Source: a virus
Taxonomy: Duplodnaviria > Heunggongvirae > Uroviricota > Caudoviricetes
Reading direction: 5' to 3' (one strand)
IMG/VR virus record: IMGVR_UViG_3300025133_000019
Length of the DNA: 64,000 bases
The first letter of the stretch is position 1, and the number at the start of each line of letters is the position of its first letter. Below are positions 40,126 to 49,206 of this stretch, piece after piece. A model generated the notes under the pieces. That model made no database searches. It was not told the origin of the DNA and saw only the letters and a program-made list of their open reading frames with translations. The translations under genes were made by a program, and so were the position numbers.

Positions 40126-40482
40126 TTATGTATTTTCCTTGACATAATCGTTAGGGTCGTAATTTTCTGAGGCCAGTACCATCAAAACAGCATCTGAACT
40201 GAAGTTTGTCATCTGATGCCAATCCTCCGGGAATAAAGTGAGAATTTTTGAAGGGCTATCTAAGATAAAGCTCTCTGACTCATTACAGGTAATCACACAA
40301 CTACCTTTAACACAAAATAAGGACTGAACATTCCTCTTATGAGAATGCCCTCCTCGTGTCGTATTTGAAGAGGGGACATCATAAATATAATAAACCCTTT
40401 TCACCTCGTGGGGGAGATTTTCTATAACCCCCATGCTCCCTTTATCATTACAATGATGGGGTATTTTAGATAATATAGGCAC
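40126..40482 (-). CDS. FdtA/QdtA-like sugar 3,4-ketoisomerase (cupin)
   Basis: KRVYYIYDVP...RGGHSH, SSDAVLMVLASENYDPNDY. Confidence 0.85.
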   Translation of the reverse strand: MPILSKIPHHCNDKGSMGVIENLPHEVKRVYYIYDVPSSNTTRGGHSHKRNVQSLFCVKGSCVITCNESESFILDSPSKILTLFPEDWHQMTNFSSDAVLMVLASENYDPNDYVKENT

Positions 40483-40499
40483 GGCTACCCTTTATAGAA

Positions 40500-41435
40500 C
40501 TACTTATTCATCAGACTAGAAAGTCTAAACCAGTTAAATACTTTAACAGAAATCATGGTGTTTATCAACTTCAATCGCTCTGGTTTAGGTAGATTAACCT
40601 TTCTACCTACAAATTCGTACTTGGTATCAATTCCCTTTAAGATATTTATAATTTTCAAAAAAGTCTTAAAGTAAGGTACATAAATTTTATTCAAAATAAA
40701 CCCAGGTATTTGGTAGAAACCACAATCCACATAACCGTCCTCATAAAAGTCTAAGCAGTTGAAATGGAAAAAGAGTAAATTTTTGATCACGTCCTCATCT
40801 GTTTTATCTAAGTAATAAAGTGACACTGATAAAGGGGTGTCAATCTCTGAAACCGAGTCAAACTCCTGTATCCAAGTATTGAGGTATTTCTGGTCTCCAA
40901 ACCTATCATTCTCAACCTTATCGTAACACCAATCTAAGCAGGAATAATACCACTTGTCTAAAACCTTGTTCCCTTCCTCGTTGTTTTTAAAGGGCATGAA
41001 TTGTACGCAATATTTCCCGTATTTCTCTTTGTCTCCTTCGAAATTGGACGGAGTTATAAATACAGATGAGTCACTGTCCCACAAATCTTGGAGTAAAGAT
41101 TCAGGTGACTTAAAGAAAAATAAGTCAGCATCTAGATAAACACAAGAAGGAACCTCAAAATTTGAAAAGACATATCTAATGATTGCCGGTGAACATGTCC
41201 AACAATATTCCTTGTGATTCCTGTTGCTCTTAGCCCTTAAGATGTCACTGTTTTCTAAACTATGTAAGGGGATTAAGGTTACGTGGTCTAAGGCCATCTC
41301 CTGTAGGAGAGTATAACTCAAGTCATCGAAAGTGAAGATGTAGAGATGAAAACTAGAGCAGTGTTCCCTTAGTGAAAAATATAATGAGACACCTTTTAAA
41401 AAGTAGTTAGAATCAAATAAGGTGCAAAAATTCAT
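40500..41435 (-). CDS. GT-A fold glycosyltransferase
   Basis: FCTLFDSNYF..G.SLY.SL, YCWTCSP, YLDADLFFF (DxD), FGDQKYL. Confidence 0.8.
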   Translation of the reverse strand: MNFCTLFDSNYFLKGVSLYFSLREHCSSFHLYIFTFDDLSYTLLQEMALDHVTLIPLHSLENSDILRAKSNRNHKEYCWTCSPAIIRYVFSNFEVPSCVYLDADLFFFKSPESLLQDLWDSDSSVFITPSNFEGDKEKYGKYCVQFMPFKNNEEGNKVLDKWYYSCLDWCYDKVENDRFGDQKYLNTWIQEFDSVSEIDTPLSVSLYYLDKTDEDVIKNLLFFHFNCLDFYEDGYVDCGFYQIPGFILNKIYVPYFKTFLKIINILKGIDTKYEFVGRKVNLPKPERLKLINTMISVKVFNWFRLSSLMNK

Positions 41436-41440
41436 AAACC

Positions 41441-41677
41441 TTAAAGGGCATCACTAAAAGGAATAAAAGATGGTAATAAATGGTGAGGCCACAATTTGAC
41501 TAATCCTGTAAGGGTCTTACATTTCTTTAGTGCAGAATCTAAATCAAAGTTGTCCATCTCTTCTTTTATCAAGAGCAGATCAGTTGTGTCTTCACTTGCG
41601 TATTTTAAATCGGCAATGAAAGTCTTTACGTGAAATAACACCTCTTTCTCCCTTTGTTTTATTTTGGATTTCCACAC
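41441..41677 (-). CDS. hypothetical protein
   Basis: 78-aa ORF co-directional with the GT gene. Confidence 0.4.
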   Translation of the reverse strand: MWKSKIKQREKEVLFHVKTFIADLKYASEDTTDLLLIKEEMDNFDLDSALKKCKTLTGLVKLWPHHLLPSFIPFSDAL

Positions 41678-41921
41678 CGCTTTACTCTCCGCTAGATTTT
41701 TATACTTAGAGTCTACTTTATAAAAAATGATTTTAATTCTTCCATGAGTCTCACATTATATACAATTTTATTAAAATTTTCAACTTAAATAACAGCCGTG
41801 GTGTGGTTTCTGTACTCGCCATTGTCCTACCTTCAAAACGCCATGTGTCACTTACGGGATCGTATGCCATGACATCATTAGTAAAATCATCAGTAAATTA
41901 AAACTTTTTAATCAACAGTTT

Positions 41922-41949
41922 AGAAAGGACTCTAGCTAGAGTCCTTTCT
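41922..41949. repeat. perfect 28-bp palindrome
   Basis: AGAAAGGACTCTAG/CTAGAGTCCTTTCT abutting TTGACA at 41949. Confidence 0.9.
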
Positions 41950-41984
41950 TGACATTACAAGGAGTTTACCGTTACAATTAAAGT

Positions 41985-42212
41985 ATGATTCTGTCTCTTT
42001 TAATCGTATTACTTGGCTTCTATTTTGGTTTGTACTCGGAATTTAGAGATGATATTTCAATGGTGGGAGTAATGAGTTACGTGGTCTTAGTATTTGTGCT
42101 AAAGGTTCCTTATAATTCTCCTTGGTTCTACAAATCTTTGTTACATCAACTGTTATTTGGAGGAGTGTTAGGTACACTTGTATATTATGCCAGAAGTTAT
42201 TATAAAAAATGA
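41985..42212 (+). CDS. small multi-pass membrane protein
   Basis: Three hydrophobic segments. Confidence 0.55.
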   Translation: MILSLLIVLLGFYFGLYSEFRDDISMVGVMSYVVLVFVLKVPYNSPWFYKSLLHQLLFGGVLGTLVYYARSYYKK

Positions 42213-42963
42213 AGAGCAAATAGAAGGGATCAAAAAATCCAGCAAGTTATCCGCACAAATTCTTTATGAATTAGGACAAATGGTAGCTCCGGGAGTAAGT
42301 CTAGAAGATATAGACGAAAAATGTTTAGACCTTACTTTAGATGCCAGAGCTGAACCTGCCCCTTTAAATTATAGGGGATTCCCCAGGAGTGTTTGTACCA
42401 GCGTTAACGAAGTTGTGTGCCACGGGATTCCTGACCAATATGTTTTACAAGACGGAGATATTATAAATATAGACGTTACTTGCAGACTTAACGGCTATTA
42501 CGGAGATACTAGTTATACCTTTTTGTGCGGAGAGGTAGACCCAGATTCAAAGAAACTAGTTAGTGATTGTAAAGAAGCTTTATACTTAGGAATAAATGAA
42601 GTTAAGCCGACAGCTTTTATAGGTAATATTGGTTATGCCATACAAACTTTCGCAGAAAAGCTTGGCTACGGGGTAGTCCGGGAGTACACTGGCCACGGAA
42701 CCGGAGTGGAATTCCATGAATACCCTAGCATTCCTCATATCGGACAAAAGAACAAGGGTTTAGAAATTCTTGAAAACATGATTTTCACTATTGAACCTAT
42801 GTTGAACATGGGTACTCATGAAACCTGTTTAGATCCTTTTGATACTTGGACTGTGCGAACTAAAGACTTGAAAAGAAGCGCTCAATTTGAACATACCTTG
42901 TTAGTTACAAAAAACGGAGTAGAAGTATTGACAGACCACGATTTACTGTGGCATAATAAATAG
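42187..42963 (+). CDS. map: methionine aminopeptidase type I
   Basis: CTSVNEVVCHGIP, INIDVT, YYGDTS, GHGTG..FHE, FTIEPM, SAQFEHT. Confidence 0.95.
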   Translation: MPEVIIKNEEQIEGIKKSSKLSAQILYELGQMVAPGVSLEDIDEKCLDLTLDARAEPAPLNYRGFPRSVCTSVNEVVCHGIPDQYVLQDGDIINIDVTCRLNGYYGDTSYTFLCGEVDPDSKKLVSDCKEALYLGINEVKPTAFIGNIGYAIQTFAEKLGYGVVREYTGHGTGVEFHEYPSIPHIGQKNKGLEILENMIFTIEPMLNMGTHETCLDPFDTWTVRTKDLKRSAQFEHTLLVTKNGVEVLTDHDLLWHNK

Positions 42964-43167
42964 AACTAAGGAGATAAAATGGGTTTCTTGACTTTTTCAA
43001 CACTAATAGCATTATCATTTCATGGGTTTACAACTACTTGTATGTACACCATTTTTAAAGCGGGGGGGGTTCTCTTCTTTAGACCCCAATTTTATTTTTC
43101 TGGGCTGTGTAATAGCTTCAGCATTACTAACACACACTATCTGGAATATTCAAGTTAAAGACAAGTA

Positions 43168-44430
43168 ATGGGATTTCTAACTCTTAGTAGTGATAATCCA
43201 AATTTTTCTTTTGCTATAAAAAAGAATCCCGAAACCGGAATGCAGATAAAAAAATGCAGACGTGGGTTCATGTATGGGTGGTATTCAGATCCTTGTAGTT
43301 ATAACATCTATTTTAGGGAGGGGCTAAATTCAGTTTCTTTTAAACGGGATAAGCACGAAGATTTTGAATACATAAATACTACTAGATTTTCAAGCCCTCT
43401 TTTCGTTATTCAAGCTATTTCAGAGTTCTTTAGGCATAACACCAGAGAAATTGTTAGCGAAGACACTGAAGGCACGAACACAGTCAATATCAATATGATT
43501 TCGGTGAATGTTCCGTTGTACCTAAAATTCTTTTCCGAGCAATTCGACAACCTAGAAGTTAGTCATGCCGAGCTTGGACCTAAGAATTTCTCGGTTACAA
43601 TGAAATCCGCAGGTACTTTACACCGAGTCTTAAATTTGGCTCAGTTATTTGCTTTCTTTGTTATCCTTTCTAACCGAGATTACATTGAACTTAATAACGA
43701 TATTGTTACCAAGTACATGGAATGTTTGAATGCGCTAACTCCTCCTTACTTTATGACCTATTTGTTTAAAAAGAATTGTCTAAGAAGCAGAGGAGCTTTT
43801 GATAAAGAAAAGGCTGTGTTAGAGCAGAATCCTTTGTACGATTCTATGACCTTAAAATTTGGGGGTACTCTGCAAAACCGGATAGACGCTATTCTGGAAA
43901 GAACTTGTTTAGACGAATCTATTCTAGACATAGGGTGTGGTGAAGGAAACTATATTAGAGAGTTCTCAAAGCGTAATAAAGAAGTTAGATACATTGCTGT
44001 CGATACTGACGAAGAGACCTTAGAAAGGGCTAAAAAGGTCATTAGAAACAGAAATCTTGAGAATGTCTTGGTTTCCAGTAACCTAGATATAGTTATAGCG
44101 ACTGGAATCCCTGAAAACACAGAAGTTCTGTTAACCGAAGTTATTGAACACATGTCAGAACAAGAAGCCCAGGAATTGGTGAACAAGATTCTCGGTTTAA
44201 AAAACGTTAAGAGCTTGTTAATAACCACCCCTAATTTTGAGTTTAATCGGTTTTATCCTATGGACACGAAATTCAGGCATGATGACCATAAATTTGAGTT
44301 TACTCAAGAGCAATGGAGAGTGTTTATGGAACAATTCGAGCGCTACGGAGAAGTCGAGTACTTTAATATAGGTGATGAGGTTAACGGAATCCCCACTAGT
44401 CTAGGAGCTAAGATAACTAGGAAGGTTTAG
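43168..44430 (+). CDS. hen1: Hen1-like RNA 3'-terminal 2'-O-methyltransferase
   Basis: ILDIGCGEG SAM motif, EVIEH, ITTPNFEFN, FRHDDHKFEFT; adjacent to Pnkp. Confidence 0.85.
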   Translation: MGFLTLSSDNPNFSFAIKKNPETGMQIKKCRRGFMYGWYSDPCSYNIYFREGLNSVSFKRDKHEDFEYINTTRFSSPLFVIQAISEFFRHNTREIVSEDTEGTNTVNINMISVNVPLYLKFFSEQFDNLEVSHAELGPKNFSVTMKSAGTLHRVLNLAQLFAFFVILSNRDYIELNNDIVTKYMECLNALTPPYFMTYLFKKNCLRSRGAFDKEKAVLEQNPLYDSMTLKFGGTLQNRIDAILERTCLDESILDIGCGEGNYIREFSKRNKEVRYIAVDTDEETLERAKKVIRNRNLENVLVSSNLDIVIATGIPENTEVLLTEVIEHMSEQEAQELVNKILGLKNVKSLLITTPNFEFNRFYPMDTKFRHDDHKFEFTQEQWRVFMEQFERYGEVEYFNIGDEVNGIPTSLGAKITRKV

Positions 44431-44431
44431 T

Positions 44432-44776
44432 ATGGAAGATGTTAAGTTAACAGAAGAGCTGCTGCTAAAAATAGGAACGGACGAAGAAGACATTGGTACT
44501 CTTAGGCGAAACGGATTAATTGGTATTCCTCTAAGTATTTTTAGGTCCCAGAAGTGGTTCAAAACCCGCATGTTTAAGAATCTGGGAGAAATTAAGGAGA
44601 TAATGCATCAGAAGTGTGGCTATGGGGATGAGGAAGGTTATACGGCAATTTACGAATACCCAAGCGGGTACGGTCAGGTATGTGGGTATGATGAACACGG
44701 AAACCATATCTCAACTAGGGATGACGAACACCAAGACTTGGTAAGATATACACATAATGATAAGGGTTGCCAATAG
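44432..44776 (+). CDS. YD-repeat-like phage protein (paralog of 28286 and 61987-62544)
   Basis: LTEELLLKIG...RNGLIGIPL N-terminus; YDEHGN motif. Confidence 0.55.
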   Translation: MEDVKLTEELLLKIGTDEEDIGTLRRNGLIGIPLSIFRSQKWFKTRMFKNLGEIKEIMHQKCGYGDEEGYTAIYEYPSGYGQVCGYDEHGNHISTRDDEHQDLVRYTHNDKGCQ

Positions 44777-44814
44777 CCTTGACACATAAAGAATAAAAAT
44801 AGTACAATAAAAAC

Positions 44815-47385
44815 ATGGAAAATACAATTACAGTTGAACCAAATACTATTTTTTTATGTATTGGACCCACTAATTCTGGTAAAACTACTTTTATCAAGAA
44901 TTTGATTGCTAATAATAAAAAGAAGCTGGAGGGACTAAATGTTCAAATACTGGGGTCTGACCAAATAAGAAAAGAGCTTCTTGGGGAGGATTTGTTTAGA
45001 TATGATCCTAGAATGCTTGAAGCTAGCGATGCTACGTTCAGAGTATTTGAAGCTAAGTTAAAAGCGTTAACACAATACCCTATTAACGCAGACATTATTT
45101 TTCTTGATTGTACTTCTTTGCATCCTGACTTCAGGAAATTCGTAAGTAACACTGCAAAGGAAAGTTGCTACAATCTACAAGCCCTAGTTTTCAACTACAA
45201 AGACACCGAAGACCACATGAGGTATGCTCACGAAGGCTATGAACATCTAGTATACAGGAATCTCAAGAAGTTTAGAACAACAGTACTTCCCACTATTAAA
45301 GCCAAAGATTTTGATGGTCTAACTAAAATAAGGTCTAAAGACTTTGGTGACTGGGAACTCGGTCTAAAGAACTTTGATTTAGCTGAGAGTTACAAATTAG
45401 ATCCTGAGGTACATTATAGTATTATCGGAGATATCCATGGGTGCTTCGATGAATTTCAAGAACTGCTTTTAAAGCTCGGAAGTAAAATTGAGAATGGTAT
45501 TCTCATTCCTCCTGAAAACAGAAAGTTTATTAGTATAGGTGACCTGATTGATAAAGGCCCGGAAACTAAAAAAGTAGTAGACTTTGTTCTCAGAAATATC
45601 CAGCATTTCATTATTATCAGAGGAAATCACGAATACGGTAATTACCAGTATTTGACTGGTCAAATGAAGAAAGGGACCTGGACCCCTAAGTTTATTAATG
45701 AGTGGTTCGATACAATTAGGCTAGCCGAGCAAGATCCGGATTTAAAACAGAAACTACTTGAGCTAGTCGAATACTCTGCTCCTTTTGCGAGTCACCCGAA
45801 TTTTATCTGTACTCATGTTCCGTGTAAATCTAAATTTTTAGGTAGAGTCTCTAAAAAAGGGGTTAACGGTCAGGTAAGATGGAGCTATCCACATAGAGAA
45901 GATAGAACACTCGAAGAATACGCAGAACACCTTAAAGAGACCTTAAGCTACTTGAAAGAAGAGTCAGATTTTAATCTGCCTTATCATATCTTTGGTCATA
46001 TCGCTACTGCTAATACCATAAGGTATTCCAAAAAAATTGGTATTGACTTAGGGTGTTATAAGGGAGGAAAACTCCAAGCCGTAACATTTTACTCAGGAAG
46101 TAAAAAGCCTGAATTCTGTGAAGTAGAAAGTAAGCAACCCAAAGACCTTGAGGGATTACCAGATTTGACTCCTGCGCCTGTTCCGGTGGAACTAAATTTA
46201 GAAGATCTAGATCCTAAGGACATGGTTAAGATGAGGAAAATTTGCGCTAATAAAATAAATTTTCTTAGCGGTACGGTATGCCCAGCAGACAAAGATACTG
46301 AAACTAACGAACTAGAATCTCTAGAAAAAGGTTTGAACTACTTTAAAGACAACGGAGTAAACAAGGTTCACCTGCAAACCAAGTATATGGGAAGTAGAGG
46401 TACTGTGTACTTAACTCCAGATAATGAAACAAGTTTCGTTATTAGCAGAAACGGGTTCAAAATAGGATACCTAGATTTCAGCGATCAGTTCTCGATTCTT
46501 AGGGACAGGGTTAAAGAGTATTTCGACTGCGGTGCAGAAATAGTTATTATAGATGCCGAAATCATGCCTTGGGCTGCTATGGGTAAAGGGTTAATAGAAA
46601 AAGAGTTCGGGATAGTAGGAACAGGGTTAGCTTCAGAGCAAGACATATTAAAAAATTCCGGGTTTTACGAACAATTAGATTCTATGTCTTGCTCAACAGA
46701 ATTTATTGGCTACCTAGAAGACAAGAAAACTACTAGTAAAAAGGATCTTGTTGAGAAGTACGGACACTCTAAATTTTCGACTTACCGTGCTCTAGACGAA
46801 TCAGAGATTATAGAATCTTATACCGAGGACTTTTTGATTCAGCAGTATTTTGATCAACTAAAACTTTATGGAGAAGAAGGCGATTTGCATATAGAACCCT
46901 TCTGTCTGTTAAAAGTAGTTTATCCTGATAGTGAAACCACATTTTTTACAGAAACCAGTAAATCTATGTTTCAAAAAGTAAACCCCGAAGGTCGTAACTT
47001 AGAGGTTGACTTTAGCGATCCAGATTACCTGGAGAAAGCCCAAGCATTTTATGACGAACTTACTTTAAATATGGAAGGTATAGTGATTAAGCCAGAGATC
47101 ATGTGGACCCCTGGAATTGCTCCTTATATGAAAGTCAGAAATCCTCGATACCTCTCCATTATCTATGGGTATGACTATCAGAAAGACACTAAATTCCAAA
47201 GACTCATCAGGCAAAAGAATATCGCCAGAAAACTGAGGGCAAGTATCCAGGAGTACGAAACTGGAAAAAGTCTGTTAGAAGTCCCTTGGAAAGAAATAAA
47301 CAGTGAAAACACTAGGTATATTGGTTTGGTCTCTAAATTCATGAGGCTTGAGAAAAAAGCTGAATCCTTAGATCCTAGATTATGA
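44815..47385 (+). CDS. pnkp: polynucleotide kinase-phosphatase-ligase (bacterial Pnkp)
   Basis: GPTNSGKTT kinase; IIGDIHGC/IGDLIDKG/RGNHE phosphoesterase; TKYMGSR, EGIVIKP, KVRNPRYLSIIYG ligase. Confidence 0.93.
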   Translation: MENTITVEPNTIFLCIGPTNSGKTTFIKNLIANNKKKLEGLNVQILGSDQIRKELLGEDLFRYDPRMLEASDATFRVFEAKLKALTQYPINADIIFLDCTSLHPDFRKFVSNTAKESCYNLQALVFNYKDTEDHMRYAHEGYEHLVYRNLKKFRTTVLPTIKAKDFDGLTKIRSKDFGDWELGLKNFDLAESYKLDPEVHYSIIGDIHGCFDEFQELLLKLGSKIENGILIPPENRKFISIGDLIDKGPETKKVVDFVLRNIQHFIIIRGNHEYGNYQYLTGQMKKGTWTPKFINEWFDTIRLAEQDPDLKQKLLELVEYSAPFASHPNFICTHVPCKSKFLGRVSKKGVNGQVRWSYPHREDRTLEEYAEHLKETLSYLKEESDFNLPYHIFGHIATANTIRYSKKIGIDLGCYKGGKLQAVTFYSGSKKPEFCEVESKQPKDLEGLPDLTPAPVPVELNLEDLDPKDMVKMRKICANKINFLSGTVCPADKDTETNELESLEKGLNYFKDNGVNKVHLQTKYMGSRGTVYLTPDNETSFVISRNGFKIGYLDFSDQFSILRDRVKEYFDCGAEIVIIDAEIMPWAAMGKGLIEKEFGIVGTGLASEQDILKNSGFYEQLDSMSCSTEFIGYLEDKKTTSKKDLVEKYGHSKFSTYRALDESEIIESYTEDFLIQQYFDQLKLYGEEGDLHIEPFCLLKVVYPDSETTFFTETSKSMFQKVNPEGRNLEVDFSDPDYLEKAQAFYDELTLNMEGIVIKPEIMWTPGIAPYMKVRNPRYLSIIYGYDYQKDTKFQRLIRQKNIARKLRASIQEYETGKSLLEVPWKEINSENTRYIGLVSKFMRLEKKAESLDPRL

Positions 47386-47567
47386 GTTATAAAACCTGTA
47401 GTTGCGGGGAAGATTTTTTATGTCATGAAGATTATTTGGCTAAAACTACTGACTGTGGTACAATGGAATTTGAAGATGAAGTGTTTGTACTAAGAAATTG
47501 TAAAAAATGTTTGTCAACACTAACAACTGAAGATACCAAGGATTCAATATGCATAGAGAACCCCTAG
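47382..47567 (+). CDS. small Cys-rich protein
   Basis: CSCG...NCKKCLSTLT. Confidence 0.5.
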   Translation: MSYKTCSCGEDFLCHEDYLAKTTDCGTMEFEDEVFVLRNCKKCLSTLTTEDTKDSICIENP

Positions 47568-47809
47568 AAGAAATTATAAAAGCTCAAAGGATGGGGATAA
47601 TAGTCTTGTTTTTAGTGGCTTTAAGCTTTGGTATATTCGCAATGTGTCTGGAAAATAAAATGCATGATTTGGAAAATAAATTTATAGATACAAAATTAGA
47701 AAATTCTTTGCTGAAAAGCAGGCCCGGACTAGTTGTAAATAAGGCACACCTGGATCTAGTCTCCCTTTTCGCTAAAGATCTAAAAAAGTGTAACGATTCA
47801 AAAAGGTAG
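47549..47809 (+). CDS. membrane-anchored hypothetical protein
   Basis: Hydrophobic segment followed by coiled coil. Confidence 0.5.
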   Translation: MHREPLEEIIKAQRMGIIVLFLVALSFGIFAMCLENKMHDLENKFIDTKLENSLLKSRPGLVVNKAHLDLVSLFAKDLKKCNDSKR

Positions 47810-47816
47810 GACTAAC

Positions 47817-48197
47817 ATGAAAGAGAATTTCCATTTAAAAGTTGTAATAGCAGTTCTTATAGTATCTAACTGTTTGACAGCTTACAACATGATTGGCAGC
47901 AGATGGTGTGACCACTCTAACGATAAAACCGAGAGGTACGAAGAATTATTTAGTAGATTTAAACAAGTCAGAAAAAACTCCTATGATTTTGCAGAAAGAG
48001 TTAGGATTATAAGAGGGCAGTTTGAGACTGTTAATAGTAAACTCATAAACTCTAGAAATACGGTAAAATCTTTAGAGGAAAAAGCGGAATCTCTCCGAGA
48101 GGTTTGGAAGTCAGCTCAGAAACTGGTAATAGTTCAAAGAAAGAAGTTGGAATTACTAGCCGAGCCAGACCAAGAGATATCTTATTTTACGACGTAA
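47817..48197 (+). CDS. membrane-anchored coiled-coil protein
   Basis: VVIAVLIV segment then coiled coil; AGGA SD. Confidence 0.55.
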   Translation: MKENFHLKVVIAVLIVSNCLTAYNMIGSRWCDHSNDKTERYEELFSRFKQVRKNSYDFAERVRIIRGQFETVNSKLINSRNTVKSLEEKAESLREVWKSAQKLVIVQRKKLELLAEPDQEISYFTT

Positions 48198-48334
48198 AAT
48201 AAGAGAGTTCGAGGCTTATATGGACAAACAGGAGCTTAAAAAGATTGAAATAGAGAAGGGGACAGAAAAGCTTGTTAAATCAAATCAAATTTTAACAGAA
48301 ACTTGTGGAAAGAGCATAAAAATCGAGAAATAGG

Positions 48335-48363
48335 TTGACACTAATAGTTATTTGGTGTAGTAT
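48335..48363 (+). promoter_or_regulatory. sigma70-type promoter of the Gln/Cys/Leu tRNA operon
   Basis: TTGACA-17 nt-TAGTAT, same context as 2658. Confidence 0.75.
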
Positions 48364-48459
48364 TAGTACATAAGACTGAAGATTACAGGGTTACCGTTAT
48401 TTTGAGACACACCCCCTGCTATCACTCACTGGGTCTTATATTTTTTAAAGGATATAGAA

Positions 48460-48534
48460 ATGATTACAAGAAACGTTTTACAACAGTTATGTTTGCTCCA
48501 GCTAAGTATGCTGGGAGGTAAGGGCGTTTCGTAA
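48460..48534 (+). CDS. Leu/Gln/Cys-rich leader peptide MITRNVLQQLCLLQLSMLGGKGVS
   Basis: AAAGGA SD at 48447-48452; TTA CAA CAG TTA TGT TTG CTC CAG CTA; 3' half covers antiterminator segment. Confidence 0.8.
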   Translation: MITRNVLQQLCLLQLSMLGGKGVS

Positions 48535-48553
48535 AAACATTGCTATAACTACA

Positions 48554-48598
48554 AAAAAAGCCCCTTGTTTTCCAGATAGGAAGCAAGGGGCTTTTTTT
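48554..48598 (+). terminator. attenuator terminator before tRNA-Gln
   Basis: AAGCCCCTTGTTTTCC-AGATA-GGAAGCAAGGGGCTT plus T run. Confidence 0.9.
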
Positions 48599-48605
48599 GT
48601 GCCCT

Positions 48606-48677
48606 AGAGCCTTGGTGTAATTGGTAACACAGCAGACTTTGACTCTGCTATTCTGAGTTCGAATCTCAGGGGCTCTG
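48606..48677 (+). tRNA. tRNA-Gln(TTG)
   Basis: GCAGA-CTTTGAC-TCTGC; G73. Confidence 0.92.
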
Positions 48678-48684
48678 TATTGTT

Positions 48685-48756
48685 GACACGGTGTCCGAGT
48701 GGTTAGGGAGATGCCTGCAAAGCATCTTTACGTGAGTTCGAATCTCACCCGTGTCT
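48685..48756 (+). tRNA. tRNA-Cys(GCA)
   Basis: GATGC-CTGCAAA-GCATC; U73. Confidence 0.92.
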
Positions 48757-48759
48757 TAT

Positions 48760-48830
48760 AGAGGTATAGTGTAATGGTAACACGACAGACTCTGAATCTG
48801 TGGCTTCTGGTTCGACTCCAGATACCTCTG
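48760..48830 (+). tRNA. tRNA-Gln(CTG)
   Basis: ACAGA-CTCTGAA-TCTGT; G73. Confidence 0.92.
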
Positions 48831-48833
48831 CAT

Positions 48834-48917
48834 GGCGGTGTGTTGGAATTGGTATACATCTGAGTTTTAGAAACTCAGGCCCTTAAGGGATTGAGAGTTC
48901 GAATCTCTCCACCGTCA
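48834..48917 (+). tRNA. tRNA-Leu(TAG)
   Basis: TGAGT-TTTAGAA-ACTCA, long variable arm, A73. Confidence 0.9.
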
Positions 48918-48923
48918 TTACAT

Positions 48924-49008
48924 GGCTCCGTAGCCGAATTGGAATAGGCACTAGAGTTAAAATCTAGCGGACATCGTCCATTTGTGGGTTCAATCCCCAC
49001 CGGAGCTA
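48924..49008 (+). tRNA. tRNA-Leu(TAA)
   Basis: CTAGA-GTTAAAA-TCTAG, long variable arm, A73. Confidence 0.88.
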
Positions 49009-49023
49009 TTTTATAGTATATAA

Positions 49024-49112
49024 GCTGATGTGGCGGAATTGGTATACGGTACTTCCTTTCGGGAAGGAGACCTATTAATACGGTCACGAAGGTTCGAACC
49101 CTTCCATCAGCT
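49024..49112 (+). tRNA. atypical class II tRNA-like RNA: Leu-type body, TTC at anticodon position
   Basis: GCTGATG/CATCAGC acceptor, GGAATTGGTATAC D loop, ACTTC-CTTTCGG-GAAGG arm, 20-nt variable region, U73. Confidence 0.7.
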
Positions 49113-49118
49113 CTTTAT

Positions 49119-49200
49119 GCCAACGTGGTGAAACTAGAAGACACGCTAGACCTAGAATCTAGCGCCTTCGGGCATGCGAGTTCGACCCTCGCCGTTGGTA
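49119..49200 (+). tRNA. tRNA-Leu(TAG), second copy
   Basis: CTAGA-CCTAGAA-TCTAG (C33), variable arm, A73; D loop lacks GG. Confidence 0.8.
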
Positions 49201-49206
49201 CTACAT

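Noticed and set aside
41770-41900. Minus-strand Kelch-like peptide (VMAYDPVSDTW)
   Set aside because: Single motif in a frame closed by an upstream stop with no SD; too short to support a gene.
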